DNA of 64,000 bases from NCBI GenBank assembly GCA_010909165.1, contig MU008188.1:248001-312000 (forward strand), written 5' to 3'. Below are positions 8,727-24,746 of the stretch, piece after piece. Each line of letters begins with the position of its first letter. Position 1 is the stretch's first letter. This DNA comes from Anthoceros angustus. Taxonomy: Eukaryota > Plantae > Anthocerotophyta. A program made the position numbers and the translations under genes. The notes under the pieces were generated by a model that worked only from the letters and a program-made list of their open reading frames with translations, did no database searches and was not told the DNA's origin.

Positions 8727-11438
8727 TCAGACTAGTGCTTTCAAAGTTGCGTTCCCAAATTTCAGTTTGCACCTGGCACATGCTTGCAACAGCCTTCTGA
8801 GCTCTGCATATATGAGCCGCCGTTCGGGGTGACGCTGATCCTGTGACATGAAGATGTGGACCTCGTCGTTGGATTCTATCCAGGTGCGACCGGGTTCCTT
8901 CAACACACGACTAGTTAGCATCTGCTTCCTTATCTCTGCTTCATCGTCGAACATGCCGGCTGCACTGTATATATCTGCCATGAGAATATATGGAGCAGCA
9001 ATTGTTCTGTCAAGCCTCAAGATAGCCTCAAAAGACCATCGCCCCAGCTGCACACGTCCATGAGTCCGACAAGCTGATAGCAAGGATTTCCAAATGACAA
9101 GGTGTGGTTGCAAAGTCATACTGCTGATAAGGTCGGCCGCCTCTTCAAGATGGCCTGATCTACCAAGGAGGTCGACCATGCATGCATAGTGATCCAGCTC
9201 CAGAGGTATGGAGAAGTCCTGGGTCATGGATTGGAAGAGCTGGCGACCCTTAGCCAGCAAGCCAGCATGGCTGCAAGCACTGAGCAAACACACAAATGTG
9301 ATGCTGTCCGGCTGCACACCAGCCTCCCTCATTTGGCCAAACAGATCCAGTGCCTCCTGGGCATGCCCGTGCTGGGCACATCCTGAAATAATGGCATTCC
9401 AAGAAACCAGATTTTTGGTAGACAAGCCAACAAAAAGTCTGTGTGCATCATCCAGACTCCCACATTTTGCATACATGTCAATGAGGCAACTACAGATAAC
9501 CAAGTCCGAGTCGAAGCCACTCTCCACTACGTACGCATGAAGCACCTTACCCTGGCCCAGAGCTGCCATGGTGGAACATGCTTTCAAGATGCTTGCAAGA
9601 GTGGCCTGCTCTGGCTGGATACCCGCCTTTAGCATCTGCTGGAAGAGGTTAATCGCCTCCTGCCCACTGCCTTCCTGAATATATCCAGCGATCATGGAAT
9701 TCCATGTCACAGAATTCTTCCGCACTAACTCAGTAAACACCTGTCTCGCCTCTTGTACATTTCCACATTTGGCATACATGTCCACAAGTGTATTTCCGAC
9801 AAACTCATCTGCATCATAACCACTTTCAGAAATAAGGGCGTGAAGCAACTTCCCTAGATCTACCGCTGCAGCGATTGAACAACCATTCAAGAGCCCCACA
9901 AATGTGCACTGGTCTGGCTGCAAGCCCTCTCCTTGCATCTGCTGCAGAAGTCTGAATGCCTCCTGTGCACACCCCTGCTCAGCATAGGCTGCAATCATCA
10001 CATTCCAGATGACCACATCCCTAGATCTTGCTGGGAGGGAGTCAAACACTCTCCGGCCATCCTCAAGGCTTCCACATCTTGCATACATATCTATGAGAAT
10101 GCTGCTCACAAATATGTCAGGCTCAGAGCCAGTTTCCATTATGTGACCGTGGAGAAGCCTCCCCTGATCCAGAGCTGCTATGCTGGAACATGCCTTTAGC
10201 ATGCTGACCACCGTGCGATGGTCAGGCTGCAGGCCCTCCATCTGCATCTGCTGGAAGAGCGACATTGCCTCCAAGCCATTTGCATAATGTGCGTAGCCTG
10301 CAATCATAGCATTCCATAATACAGAATTTTTCTTCGGCATTCTCTCAAACACAGTGCGTGCATCAGCTAAGCTCCCACATTTTGCATACATGTTAATGAG
10401 AGTGCTGCCTACAAACACATCCTTCTCAAACCCGCACTTCGTAATGAGTGAGTGGAGCACCTTGCCGTCATCCAAAGCTGCAGTGCTTGAACAAGCTTTT
10501 AAGATGCTAACGAGCGTGCGCTGGTTAGGCTGCATGCCTGCCTCCTGCATGTCACCGAAGAGCTCAAGAGCTTCATGACAGTATCCATGTTGAGCATACC
10601 CTGCAAGCATGGCATTCCAATTGACAACATCTCTGGTCGACAGCCTGTCAAAAACTTTCCGTGCTTCCTCCACACAGTTACATTTTACATACATGTCCAC
10701 GAGAGCACTGTTGACAAATGCATTCGACTCAAAACCATGTTCCAGAAGATCCCCATGAATCCGTTTGCCGGCCGAAAGTGCTGGAGCATTGGCACAAGCT
10801 TTTAGCACTGCTACGAAAACATACTCATCGGGTACCAGGTAGGACTGACGCATTTTGCTGTACAAGCTGATAGCCTGATTTGCCTCTCCGTGCTTGCAAT
10901 GTGCCAGAATAACAGCACACCATACAAATCTATCTGGTGAAGGCAGGTTTCGGAACACGTCTTGCACTCCCCTTAGACACCCACAAGTTGAATACATGCA
11001 AATCAGCTGGTGCCCCAAGAAGCTGTTTGACTGAAGTCCACAGCTGGTGATAAGAGCATGCACCTGCCTGCCCATATCCAAATCGACCTCTCTGATGCAC
11101 CTCTGCAGCAAATGGTGAAAAGTGGTGGAGGAAACAGGAACTCCACGCTCCATGGCCTGGTATACCTCGTTGAACTGTTCATTCTTTGACCCTGTGCTCA
11201 ATCCGTGAAAGGAATTAAATCGAGTATACGAAATTGGCCACACCACGCCTGCAAAAGGCATGTTGCTTTTGCAGCCAAGCCCAAGCATCTGCCCGTGGAT
11301 CCCTCTTGCAAAGAACAACAGACTCATTGTCCTGCGGACCTCCCATGACACACCCAAGGCTCGAAGTTGACTCCGAGCTGACTGAAGGGTACAAGCACAG
11401 AACCTGATGCCCACCACCGCTGCCCTTTCCCTTCCCAT
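8727..11438 (-). CDS. PLS-class PPR protein with E1-E2-E+ (canonical PG-type box, no DYW domain)
   Basis: Single-exon ORF; first ATG at 11438 (the ORF-track start at 11471 is GTG). Transit-peptide-like N-terminus, PLS triplets, TFVCLLSACSHAGL, HYACMVDLLGRSGHL, KEPGRTWIESNDEVHIFMSQDQRHPE, then a short tail. Confidence 0.95.
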   Translation of the reverse strand: MGRERAAVVGIRFCACTLQSARSQLRALGVSWEVRRTMSLLFFARGIHGQMLGLGCKSNMPFAGVVWPISYTRFNSFHGLSTGSKNEQFNEVYQAMERGVPVSSTTFHHLLQRCIREVDLDMGRQVHALITSCGLQSNSFLGHQLICMYSTCGCLRGVQDVFRNLPSPDRFVWCAVILAHCKHGEANQAISLYSKMRQSYLVPDEYVFVAVLKACANAPALSAGKRIHGDLLEHGFESNAFVNSALVDMYVKCNCVEEARKVFDRLSTRDVVNWNAMLAGYAQHGYCHEALELFGDMQEAGMQPNQRTLVSILKACSSTAALDDGKVLHSLITKCGFEKDVFVGSTLINMYAKCGSLADARTVFERMPKKNSVLWNAMIAGYAHYANGLEAMSLFQQMQMEGLQPDHRTVVSMLKACSSIAALDQGRLLHGHIMETGSEPDIFVSSILIDMYARCGSLEDGRRVFDSLPARSRDVVIWNVMIAAYAEQGCAQEAFRLLQQMQGEGLQPDQCTFVGLLNGCSIAAAVDLGKLLHALISESGYDADEFVGNTLVDMYAKCGNVQEARQVFTELVRKNSVTWNSMIAGYIQEGSGQEAINLFQQMLKAGIQPEQATLASILKACSTMAALGQGKVLHAYVVESGFDSDLVICSCLIDMYAKCGSLDDAHRLFVGLSTKNLVSWNAIISGCAQHGHAQEALDLFGQMREAGVQPDSITFVCLLSACSHAGLLAKGRQLFQSMTQDFSIPLELDHYACMVDLLGRSGHLEEAADLISSMTLQPHLVIWKSLLSACRTHGRVQLGRWSFEAILRLDRTIAAPYILMADIYSAAGMFDDEAEIRKQMLTSRVLKEPGRTWIESNDEVHIFMSQDQRHPERRLIYAELRRLLQACARCKLKFGNATLKALV

Positions 11439-11777
11439 TTGCAGACATGGCCGGGACGTGGTCAGAAGCACACGACCCTGGACGCATCCAACAGTAGGTC
11501 ATCTCTAGCCAGTCCATGGGGCATCAAGTACACAACTCCCTCCACCCTGGGGTCGAGAATTCGGGCAAAGCCGCCACCTGCCTCAAGAGGGTCCTTTGAC
11601 TGTTACCCAGCAGCTTGTTAGAAATTCTGGAGGAGATGTGCCGATCTCGTACTGCTGGGTGCCGCCACCAGCAGCCCCCTCACCAGCAGACAGACATATA
11701 GTTACTTTCAAATCCCTGTCATATATGGGTCCCAAGCACGCTCTAATTGTCCTGGGTCTGGCCATCACATTGCAGTC

Positions 11778-14700
11778 ATGCCTGCGGTAATGGGTGGGAG
11801 CCAAGCCGCACTAGCGTTAGCCCACCGTCTAATCCGCAAATTTAACGGCGCTCGGGGATTCATCTCCACAGCGGATGAGTCGACGTCAGCGCACACTTCT
11901 GCTTGGTCTTGTATGTACACTTGTCGTATGTTGGCCGCCATTTGTTGTGATTCGCAGCTGCACTTGGCTCACACTGTCGTGGTCCAAGCTACCGAGCACC
12001 ACATTCTGGATAAGAATGGATGTCAGTTCCAATCATCAGTTCTCAGCCTTACCTTGTGGATGCATTCAGGTAGGATGAAATCAGAGGAGGTGTGGAAGCG
12101 AACTCAAATGAGAAAATTTTCAGCTGAAAGGATGGAACAACCTTCTGCAGATGACAGTTCCGTACTGGTGAGTGTTGCATGTCGTGCGAGGTAGTAGAGG
12201 TAGGAATGCGGGTAGATGGTTGCAGGTAGTACACCGAGTCAGTGCCATGGAGGAGATGCAAGCATGTGTGTCTGATTAAATTGCTGAAAGTACTTTTTTG
12301 GCGAGTTCATATTTATGAAACGGAGACGTCATGCTCTTGAAGAATCTGCATGATTACTTCATCTTTGAGTTTCCTGAGATTCTTAAGTTGTTGATCTGTC
12401 TAACAGGTCCGGGACTTCATACATTCTGCACTGTACCAAGCCAATTCTGGATATTTTACCACCAATCCAGAGGTTGTTGGTACATTGGACCACCCGATGG
12501 AGTTCAATCGTTTCTCAGGTTGTGTGCCCTTACCGTGCTACACTTGTTTCCATAGCTTATATCTGATCTGTTGGTGTATAACTGCTGCGTCAAATGGAAA
12601 GCGAAGTGACTGCTTTTTTTGTGGGGAAAGTTGTGCTTACTTGGATTACCTTTGCCTGGAGGTGTTTGATACTGAGAGCCATGGGCTAGATGTATGCAGG
12701 ACGACATGATTACATTCAATCGTTGGAGAACATATACAAGAAGAGCGGTAGCTCTTGGTTCACTCCTGTTGAACTTTTCCAGGTTTGTGAGGGCTACCAA
12801 TTGGAAGGAGCATCCGAAGGTTCTCTATTCAGTGACGAGCTGTTCTTGTGCAAAAACACTACATAGCTTTTGTAATTCAGTACGGTCATGTGTACATCTT
12901 GATGTGGACTTAGCCTTGGTACGGATTTGCTCTTGGGGAGTACATTTTGCGGACTTTCAACCCCAAAGTACCTTTGAAGGTATGGATCCATAGGCCTAAT
13001 GCTCTGTGGAACGCTGGTCTGCTTTGGGATTGGTTTGTTTTAAGACCTCATGACAGTGGTTTATTGGTGGGCCTGACTTCCATTCTTCATGAAAGTGTCT
13101 CCAGTGAGACTAAAGTAAGGTTGCACGGGCCTAATGACATACACTGTGCTGATTATGCCCTGTTGGAACGTCTTCCAAATACAGATCTATGAGATTGGAG
13201 GTGGTACAGGCAGGTGTGCACTGGACATTCTTGACTACATAAAAGCTCGAGCTCCCTCAGTGTATGAGAGCATGAGCTACACGTGAGTTTACACATCTTA
13301 AGAATGATATGATGGCAATGCTTTCTTGGAATGCGTGCAGCCTCAGTTCCTGGTTATTGTGGAATGGCAGATCCGTGGAGATCAGTGGGCCCTTAGCAGA
13401 CAAGCAGATCGCCCGGTTGGGGACAGTTCGAAGCCATAAAAAGAGATATCATGTGGAAAATCGAAGTGCATTGCAGAGAGATGGATGGGGTGAGCAATTG
13501 TGACCCCAAGAAGCATGAGATGGATGACCCGATGGGCTTACCTGTGTACAACAGTTAGGGGATGTCAAGTTAAGGTGAAATGCTTTAGTCTTAGAAAAGC
13601 AGTTACTGTGCAGGTTCTGTGGACGCACGACCATGTTTTATTATCATGCTGGAGGTATACAGCCACTTCACAACAGTCTGTTCATAGTGAAGAGTCTTCA
13701 TCTCTGTCTCAATCCAACTGAGGCCATTGTTTGATTTTTTGACAGGTTCTAGATAATCTGCCTCATGACTTGGTTTGCAAACCTTCTCAGTCATCCTCGT
13801 GGATGGAAGTTGTTATCTCTCAAAAGGGGCATGGGTATGCTTTGTTGTGCTTTGTGGATTCGTTTTTGCACATCCATTCTGTTAAGGACCAACGCTTATT
13901 CATGATTCCCATGTCAATAGTTGTTGGGCTGGTGCTCCATGGCTGTCTCGTTTTACAGGGGTGAAGCTTTTGAAACCCTCCGTCCTTTACAAGATCCTCT
14001 GATAAAGCAATTTCTAGACATCTATGGCGATAATGCCAGTGGAAGTACTAGGTGGCTTGATTTAGTGAAAAGATTAGTTCCGAGGTTCTGGCCCAAGTCT
14101 GAGCTTTTCTGGATCCCGACTGGATGCCTGGTAAGTACTTAACCTATTGACCGTTCTGTGAATGGAGCGACTGAGCTGGCTGTTACCTCTGATGCTATTT
14201 TTGAAATTCTATCTGTCGACAAAGTTTGCGATGCTAGCCTACATAGTGGAGTTGTAACAGTCTGTGTGTTGTCTGCTAGCAGCAATTACTACATGTTCTG
14301 CATCATGTACGGCCCACCATGAGTTTAATTGCAGCAGATTTCAGTTGCTTGCCGGGTGTGACGGTGGTTGGCAAAGGGGCGCCCTTGGTAGCAACTAAGG
14401 TATGTGGGCACTTTAGTCTTGACGTCAGATTCGTGTATAGTTTCGTTCGTTAGAGGTGGTGGTGTGTTTAAGACTAGGCCGTCCCTCCTTTCGAGGGCAT
14501 TCTGGTGGCCCTGTCTGAGACCATGAGCATGAAAGTCTACATACCTATCTTGCTTTCCAGCATTCATAACCTTTTGCATCTTTGCTTTTTATTTCTTTGT
14601 AGCTGCGTGTTTCTAATCCGTTTTTGAAACTACAGAGGGACGGTCACACTAAAGATTATGCGACATATCTTGATGCAAAGGTTAGCTTGTATCGGTTCTG

Positions 14701-15251
14701 ATTCGGACGCATTACGATTTTCCAGGAGCTTGGATTTTCCTATATGATGCTCTTTTCGATCTCAGATGGCAGCAAACTTCTGTCGGGGTTCTTGCAGACC
14801 GTGCTTAAACTTGGGCATTGGTTCTCACTCCAAATGTGCTCTGGTTATGTTCAGGGAGATGGAGACATATTCTTCCCAACCGATTTTGCCTTATTGCAGC
14901 AACTGGACCGTCATTGCTCCACTCGGACTGCAGTGAATGGTGGTGTGTCCAAAGCCTATGAGAGACGCATCTCAAGAGTTGTAAGAGACCTTCTGAACCT
15001 ATCCACGCACTGCCGTTCCTTTTGCTGATCTGCAACTCCAGTTGGGCATCTGCGATTCTCAGGATCTCTTTCTTTTCCCCGGCTTTTGGATAAGAATTCT
15101 TAGGATCTTAGGGAACCGTTGGCAGGTTAGTTGTTCCAACTTCATGGGATTATTTGCGGACATCAGGAGGATGGAAACGAAAGACGGTTTCAATCCTCTC
15201 CTTGAAGATTACAGCAACACCAAGTTTTTCCTGAGTTCACCATCGATTTAA
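11778..15251 (+). CDS. NDUFAF7: NDUFAF7/MidA-like mitochondrial SAM-dependent arginine methyltransferase, multi-exon
   Basis: Exons give VRDFIHSALY, WFTPVELFQPWY, IYEIGGGTGRCALDILDYI, CFIIMLEVLDNLPHDLV, GDGDIFFPTDFALL and TKDGFNPLLEDYSNTKFFLS; stop 15249-15251. Start codon uncertain. Confidence 0.88.
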
Positions 15252-15438
15252 TATTGAATGCTTCCATCGCGCAATGTGACTAATCTTATCCATGGCTTCC
15301 CACGAACTGGAAAAATGGACATCATACCAGCTGTACATCATAAACAGATACTGGAAAAGAATTGTTGCTAGTGCTTTTACTGTGTGCCAGATGTGGCATG
15401 TCGTGTGGAAACTCCTGCAAGTGATATGGGAAGGCCTG

Positions 15439-19235
<3,797 letters not shown>

Positions 19236-19349
19236 GAATGACGGCCTCCATATTACACACGAACGCAGTAAGTAGCTACTAAGTAAACCTTGGCGTCCAT
19301 ATACTCGCTATCGAGGCGAGCTAGGATTGATTGAAAGCACGATATCGGC

Positions 19350-22300
19350 ATGCGGCAGCAAGTACTGTCGCGATTCTTCGCTCCGGTAAGCAGCTGCAGC
19401 AACAGCAGCTCTGCGACTGCCTCGTCGTCGTTTTCTTCCTCGTCACCTTCTTCTGCGTCGGCGCCCTGTAGTTCAGTCCCGGCACCGGCCTCGGCTTCCG
19501 CTTCCGCCTCTGCCTCGGCGGCAGCTGATGCAGTCCAGGTGACATGGCCTCCCCGCTCTCCCCGCAAGCGCAGGCGAGCAGCTTCGCCTGCAGCAGCTCC
19601 TTCGCCAAGTGCGAGCAACAGGCACGCAAGATTTGTGCGGCGACTGGGCGTGCAGGAGCGCGAACGGGAAGGGCAGGACCCGGGCGCGCGGAGCCAGAAT
19701 CAGAGCCACCAGAGCCTGACGCCGCTGGAGGCCCAGGTGGGTGTGAGTAGATGCTGCTTGGATTGTGGCGGGTTGCTCTGCCTTGCTTCACTCTGCTGTG
19801 CCTGACCCAGCAGGCGGCATTTCAATTCCAGGTGGTGGAGCTCAAGGCCAAGTATCCCGACGTGCTGCTGCTGGTGGAAGTTGGGTACAAGTACAGGTTC
19901 TTCGACCAGGATGCCGAGGTTGCTGCCCGCGTGCTGGGAATCGTGGCTCACACCGATCACAGTTTCCTCACTGCCAGCATTCCCACATTCCGCCTGCACG
20001 TGCACGTGCGGCGTCTGGTTGAGGCCGGGTACAAGGTCGGCGTGGTGCGCCAGACTGAGACTGCAGCAATCAAGGCTCATGGGCCCAACAAGCTGGGTCC
20101 CTTCTCCCGCCATCTCTCTGCGCTCTACACCCGCGCCACGCTGGGTGCTGCCGGGGGCTTGCCTGAAGGCGACCAATTGCCTCCCTCCTATCTCATGTGC
20201 GTCTCCGGCGCCGCTCAGGAGGTGGAGCAGGATTGCGCCCGGGGCCAGGTGCAGAAGCAGGATCACACTGCCCTTGCAGTGGTTGCCGTGGATACCGCCA
20301 CCGGTGATGTCCTCCATGGACGTTTCTCCGATACCCGCTCTCTGGCCAAGCTGGGCTCTCTTCTTCTCACTCTGTCTCCTGCCGAGATTCTGCTGGCTGT
20401 GCCTGCCTCCCCCGCAATTGAGAAGGTATGTCATTTTGCATTCAGCTGCTGTTGGCAAGCACCACAGACAGGCCCTGCTGAAGTCTCCTGCTCCTGCCTA
20501 CTGTAGCTGCTGCGGGAGTACTCTGGACCGTCTAAGCAGGTCAGGTTCCAATGCGTGTCGCGGCACGAATTGGATGTCGGAGATGACCTGCCCGCGGCCA
20601 TGGCGGTGTCAGGTGACCAGCTGGAGCCATCTCTTGACTACCAGGTGAGGACTCCGTCCTTGACAGAATCGGGGGTCGTGTCCTGTACCTGCTAAATTCC
20701 CTGACGTCTTTTCGGTGTGGTCATTAGAGCGGCGTGTCCATGCCGCATTTGGTTGGTGAAGCTATGGCTCTTGCTGTGCGCTACTTGAAGGAGTTTGGTT
20801 TGGAGAAGCTGCTTTCTGTCACGACAGCATTCCGACCTCTGTCTGCCAAATGTGAAATGAGCCTCGCTCCCAATGTCATTCAGCAACTTGAGGTTAGCCC
20901 ACGTTGCCTTCGTTGTTGTCGTTAGAGACACAAGTTGGCCTATCTCTCATGGGACCTAGATTCTGTTTGCTGTGCTCCAGTATGTATAGAACGGTTGGCA
21001 TTCGAGCTTTAGTCACCTCTCTACCTCCATTTCCTGCAGATTTTGAAAAACTCTGCAGATCAGACGGAAAGAGGTTCTCTCCTCTGGCTGATGGATCACA
21101 CCCGCACTCCATTTGGTGCTCGCATGCTGCGCCGCTGGGTACTGTCAGCTGCTGAATGGTGCCTTGTCGCAAATCGCATCGTATGGAATGGCCTGTGTTT
21201 GGTTTTCAGCTGACACAGTATGCTTGGGTTGTTTGTAGGTGACCCACCCATTACGTGACCGGGAGCTTATCTTAGCCCGATTAGATGCTGTCGGCGAAAT
21301 CAGGGAGTCATTAAAGAGTGCTGGTCTGTTGCCATTGGAAGGGTCTAGTGAAGGCGTAAAGAAATGGAGTGGGAATGCTAATAAAACCTCTACCATTGGT
21401 AAAAGTGTGTCCGGCAAATCCTCTGGCTTGCTTGCCTCAACGCTGATGTTGTTGAGCAGATTGCCCGATGTGGAACGGGGAATCACCAGAGTGCTGCATC
21501 GCACTGCAGCAGCTGCTGAGGTAGGTTGCGTAGATAGGCTTCACAGTTGTTATCATGTCTTCATGTTCCTTTTTAAGTGTGTCCATTTTCAGGAAGAGCT
21601 CATTTGATTTTGTGGTGGAAGTTTGTAGGTGTTATGGAGGCAGTCCTCTCGTTCTCTACACAGATGAAGCATTTGGTTGACAAAAGTGCAGAACACGGTT
21701 CTGTATCGGCCAGTGATGCAACTGAGGTGGAAGATTTTGGGGGTTTGAAGTCTGCACTTCTTAAAAAACTTGTTGCAGCCGCATCAGCAACATCTGTCAG
21801 CACACATGCTTCAAGGCTGTTGTCATGTCTCAATGTTGATGCTGCTTCTGCCGGAGATCAACAAAATCTTTTTGTCTGCACAGGCAACAATTTCCCCGAG
21901 GTTTGGGCTGCCTTTTTCCCTCGATGAATGGAATGCAGTTGGTATTCATAAAAGCTTGAAATTCCTTGCAAGCATGCTGCTATACCATTCCATGTGTGGA
22001 TGTTAAATAAATCACCATAGAGGGTGCCAAGTTTTGTCTTCTATGATGTCTTGAACCCTGTCAAAGGACTATTGGCATTAAGACTCACTCAATCTGCTTA
22101 GGATGGCTTCCGTGCCTCTGAATAGCATGGAATGTGGCTAACTATCTTAGTAGCATCAGGTAGCAAGACATTATCCCAGAGTGCCGCAGTTTGCAGAGTC
22201 TGCCCTGGGGTCACCCGAGTTGAAGATTGAACCTAAGCAACTTTTTGTCTGACTGTACAGATTTCAAGCTGTCATCTTGTGATAAATGGTTTGGAGACAG

Positions 22301-24281
22301 ATATGGAACACCTTTTGCTGGACTTCCGCAGGTTGTTGAAGATTTCAAGTTTACAATACCTGTCTGTATCTGGGAGCTCGTATCTGATAGAGGTCAGCAG
22401 CCTTAGCTAGAATGTTTGTCAGGTTTCCATGCGGATTTTGCGGCTGGGCTGGTTACTGGTCTCTCACTGTAGTCCTCATAGGTTCCAGCATCTCAAAGGG
22501 TCCCCCCGGACTGGCTCAAAGTCAATAGCACAAAGAAGGTTCATCGCTATCATCCACCGGAGGTCGTTGCAACCTTAGATCGGCTGGCTGTTGCCAAGGA
22601 GGAGCTTACTGCAGCATGCTGCAGGGCTTGGGACAAGTTCCTGGGAGATTTTGCGCGTCATTATTCTGAATTTCGGGCTGCGGTGCATGCGATGGCATCC
22701 CTTGACTGTCTTCTTGGACTTGCTATTCTGTCCGCAAGTCAGGTGTGCTCTCTACTGTATGGTTCCTGGTCCTTTACAATTGAGTATGATTTTAGCTCTC
22801 TGGTTTGCAGAAGTTTCTCTTACAGCTGGACACTTGCTCCGTGTGCAAAGATGTTTTACAAGTTGTGTGTGCAATCAGGATTACTCAAGGCCACAGTTCG
22901 TTGAAGATAATGAGCCCTGTCAGTTAATAATTCAGGCTGGCCGGCATCCGGTGTGTGTGCCATCTCGTGTAGTCTCTGTTCCTTCTAGAGTTGATCTAAG
23001 GAATGTCTGTTCTAGTGCTTGTGATGAATTTGGTGGTTCATCAGGTTCTAGAGTCAAGACTTTGTGGCAAGTTTGTGCCGAACGATACATTCCTTCACGC
23101 AAAATCCAATTACTGTCAGCTCATCACTGGTCCAAACATGGGTGGAAAAAGTTGCTACATCCGTCAAGTTGCTCTGATTGCTATCATGGCACAGGTTGGT
23201 GAGCCACTTTTGAACGTGCTTGTTGTTTGTGGTTGGTGCAAGAATTCATGGCATGAAATGATCCTCTGTCTGCAGGCTGCGGAAGATATGCTGACGGTGA
23301 TTTCTTAACTGCTTTTGGTACTGAGAGACATGCAAACCTAAACGGGTGGATTTAAATGAGTCTTCGTGTCTCAACTGTCTGCAGATTGGCTCATACGTTC
23401 CAGCAGTAACAGCAAGACTTCACGTGCTGGATGCTATCTACACACGAATGGGAGCATCTGACAGTATTCAACATGGGTCCAGTACATTTTTCGAGGAGCT
23501 CAGCGAGGCCTCCTTTATCTTGCAGAATGCCACGTCACGGTCACTTGTGATTGTTGATGAGCTTGGTCGAGGGACTAGCACACATGACGGGGTAGCCATT
23601 TCCTATGCGACTCTGCGCTACCTTGTGAAGGAGATCAAGTGCCTTGTCCTCTTTGTCACACACTATCCGGAGGTTGCAGATCTGAAAGTCTTGTTCCCAG
23701 CTCAGATTGCACCACTGTACGTGTCCTTCCTGAGAGGAGGGGCTCATTCGTCCAACTCGTCAGCTTCTCCTTCACAGGGCATCACATTTTTGTACAAGCT
23801 TGTCCCTGGGCTGGCGGAAAGGAGTTTTGGGCTTCATGTAGCTCAGCTTGCACAGGTCTGTTTGCTGGAGGTGCCATGTATGTCTGGTTTATCGTATCTG
23901 CCGCCTATGCCTGTGGTCTTGATTGTGAAATTCCCCACTGTGATGCAAATGTTTCAGATTCCACAAGAGTGTGTTGCACGGGCAACCACTTTAGCTGCCA
24001 GCTTGGAGAAGTCATCTGGAGATTCATGCAATGAGTTAGGCAAGGACAGCAATGGAGTTCAGGAGGAGCAAGATGGATCTAGGCTGCTAACCTCTCTGCT
24101 GGGTTCCAGGGGAGAGAGCGAAACTGCCACAGCAGAAGCAGCTTGGCTGCAGCTGCGCTGTATTAAAGATGCTCTGGAAAAGGGGCATACAGCGCAGGAC
24201 ACAGCTACTTTACTTCGAACATCACAGGTGCAGGTGGCTGCATGGTTGGCTATTCACAGCAAAGACACTGTAAGAATTTGA
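19350..24281 (+). CDS. MSH3: DNA mismatch repair protein MSH3 (MutS-beta subunit), multi-exon
   Basis: N-terminal PIP-like [12 protein letters not shown]; [31 protein letters not shown] (Tyr-Lys/Tyr, MSH3-type mismatch domain); Walker [19 protein letters not shown]; STFFEELSE; [13 protein letters not shown]. Confidence 0.95.
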
Positions 24282-24746
24282 AGAGGAGAGCACAACCTTT
24301 GCTGTGCTCGCTATTATCGGCGTTGTGTACGTATCAATTTTTCTTAACGGTTATATGGAAAAGGTAGAATGTCAGGTACATGAATCAAAAGATTCTGTAT
24401 GCGTAGTGGATTGTATTATACAAGGCTTTAGACGCTCTCGTCAAGTAATGAGACTGATGGCAGTCGTGAATAATTGAAGAGGATCCCTGAGAATAGCGCA
24501 GAACATACCTTCTGTCAGAGCGTTCATTGTTTGCCAAGCCATAGGCAAGTGAAGCGCACTGTCTTCGTATGACTTACAACGCCAGAAGGCCGAACTGCTG
24601 GTTCGAGCGTTCTAGACAACGTTCCCAGAAAGCGAATCAGTTCGAGACGACACCTTGTTACTAACCAGGAGCTTTTTATTGAAATACCTTTCATTCCCAT
24701 TTAAGACTGATGGTGCAAGGACATTAGGGCTAAGTATCATTGAAAT

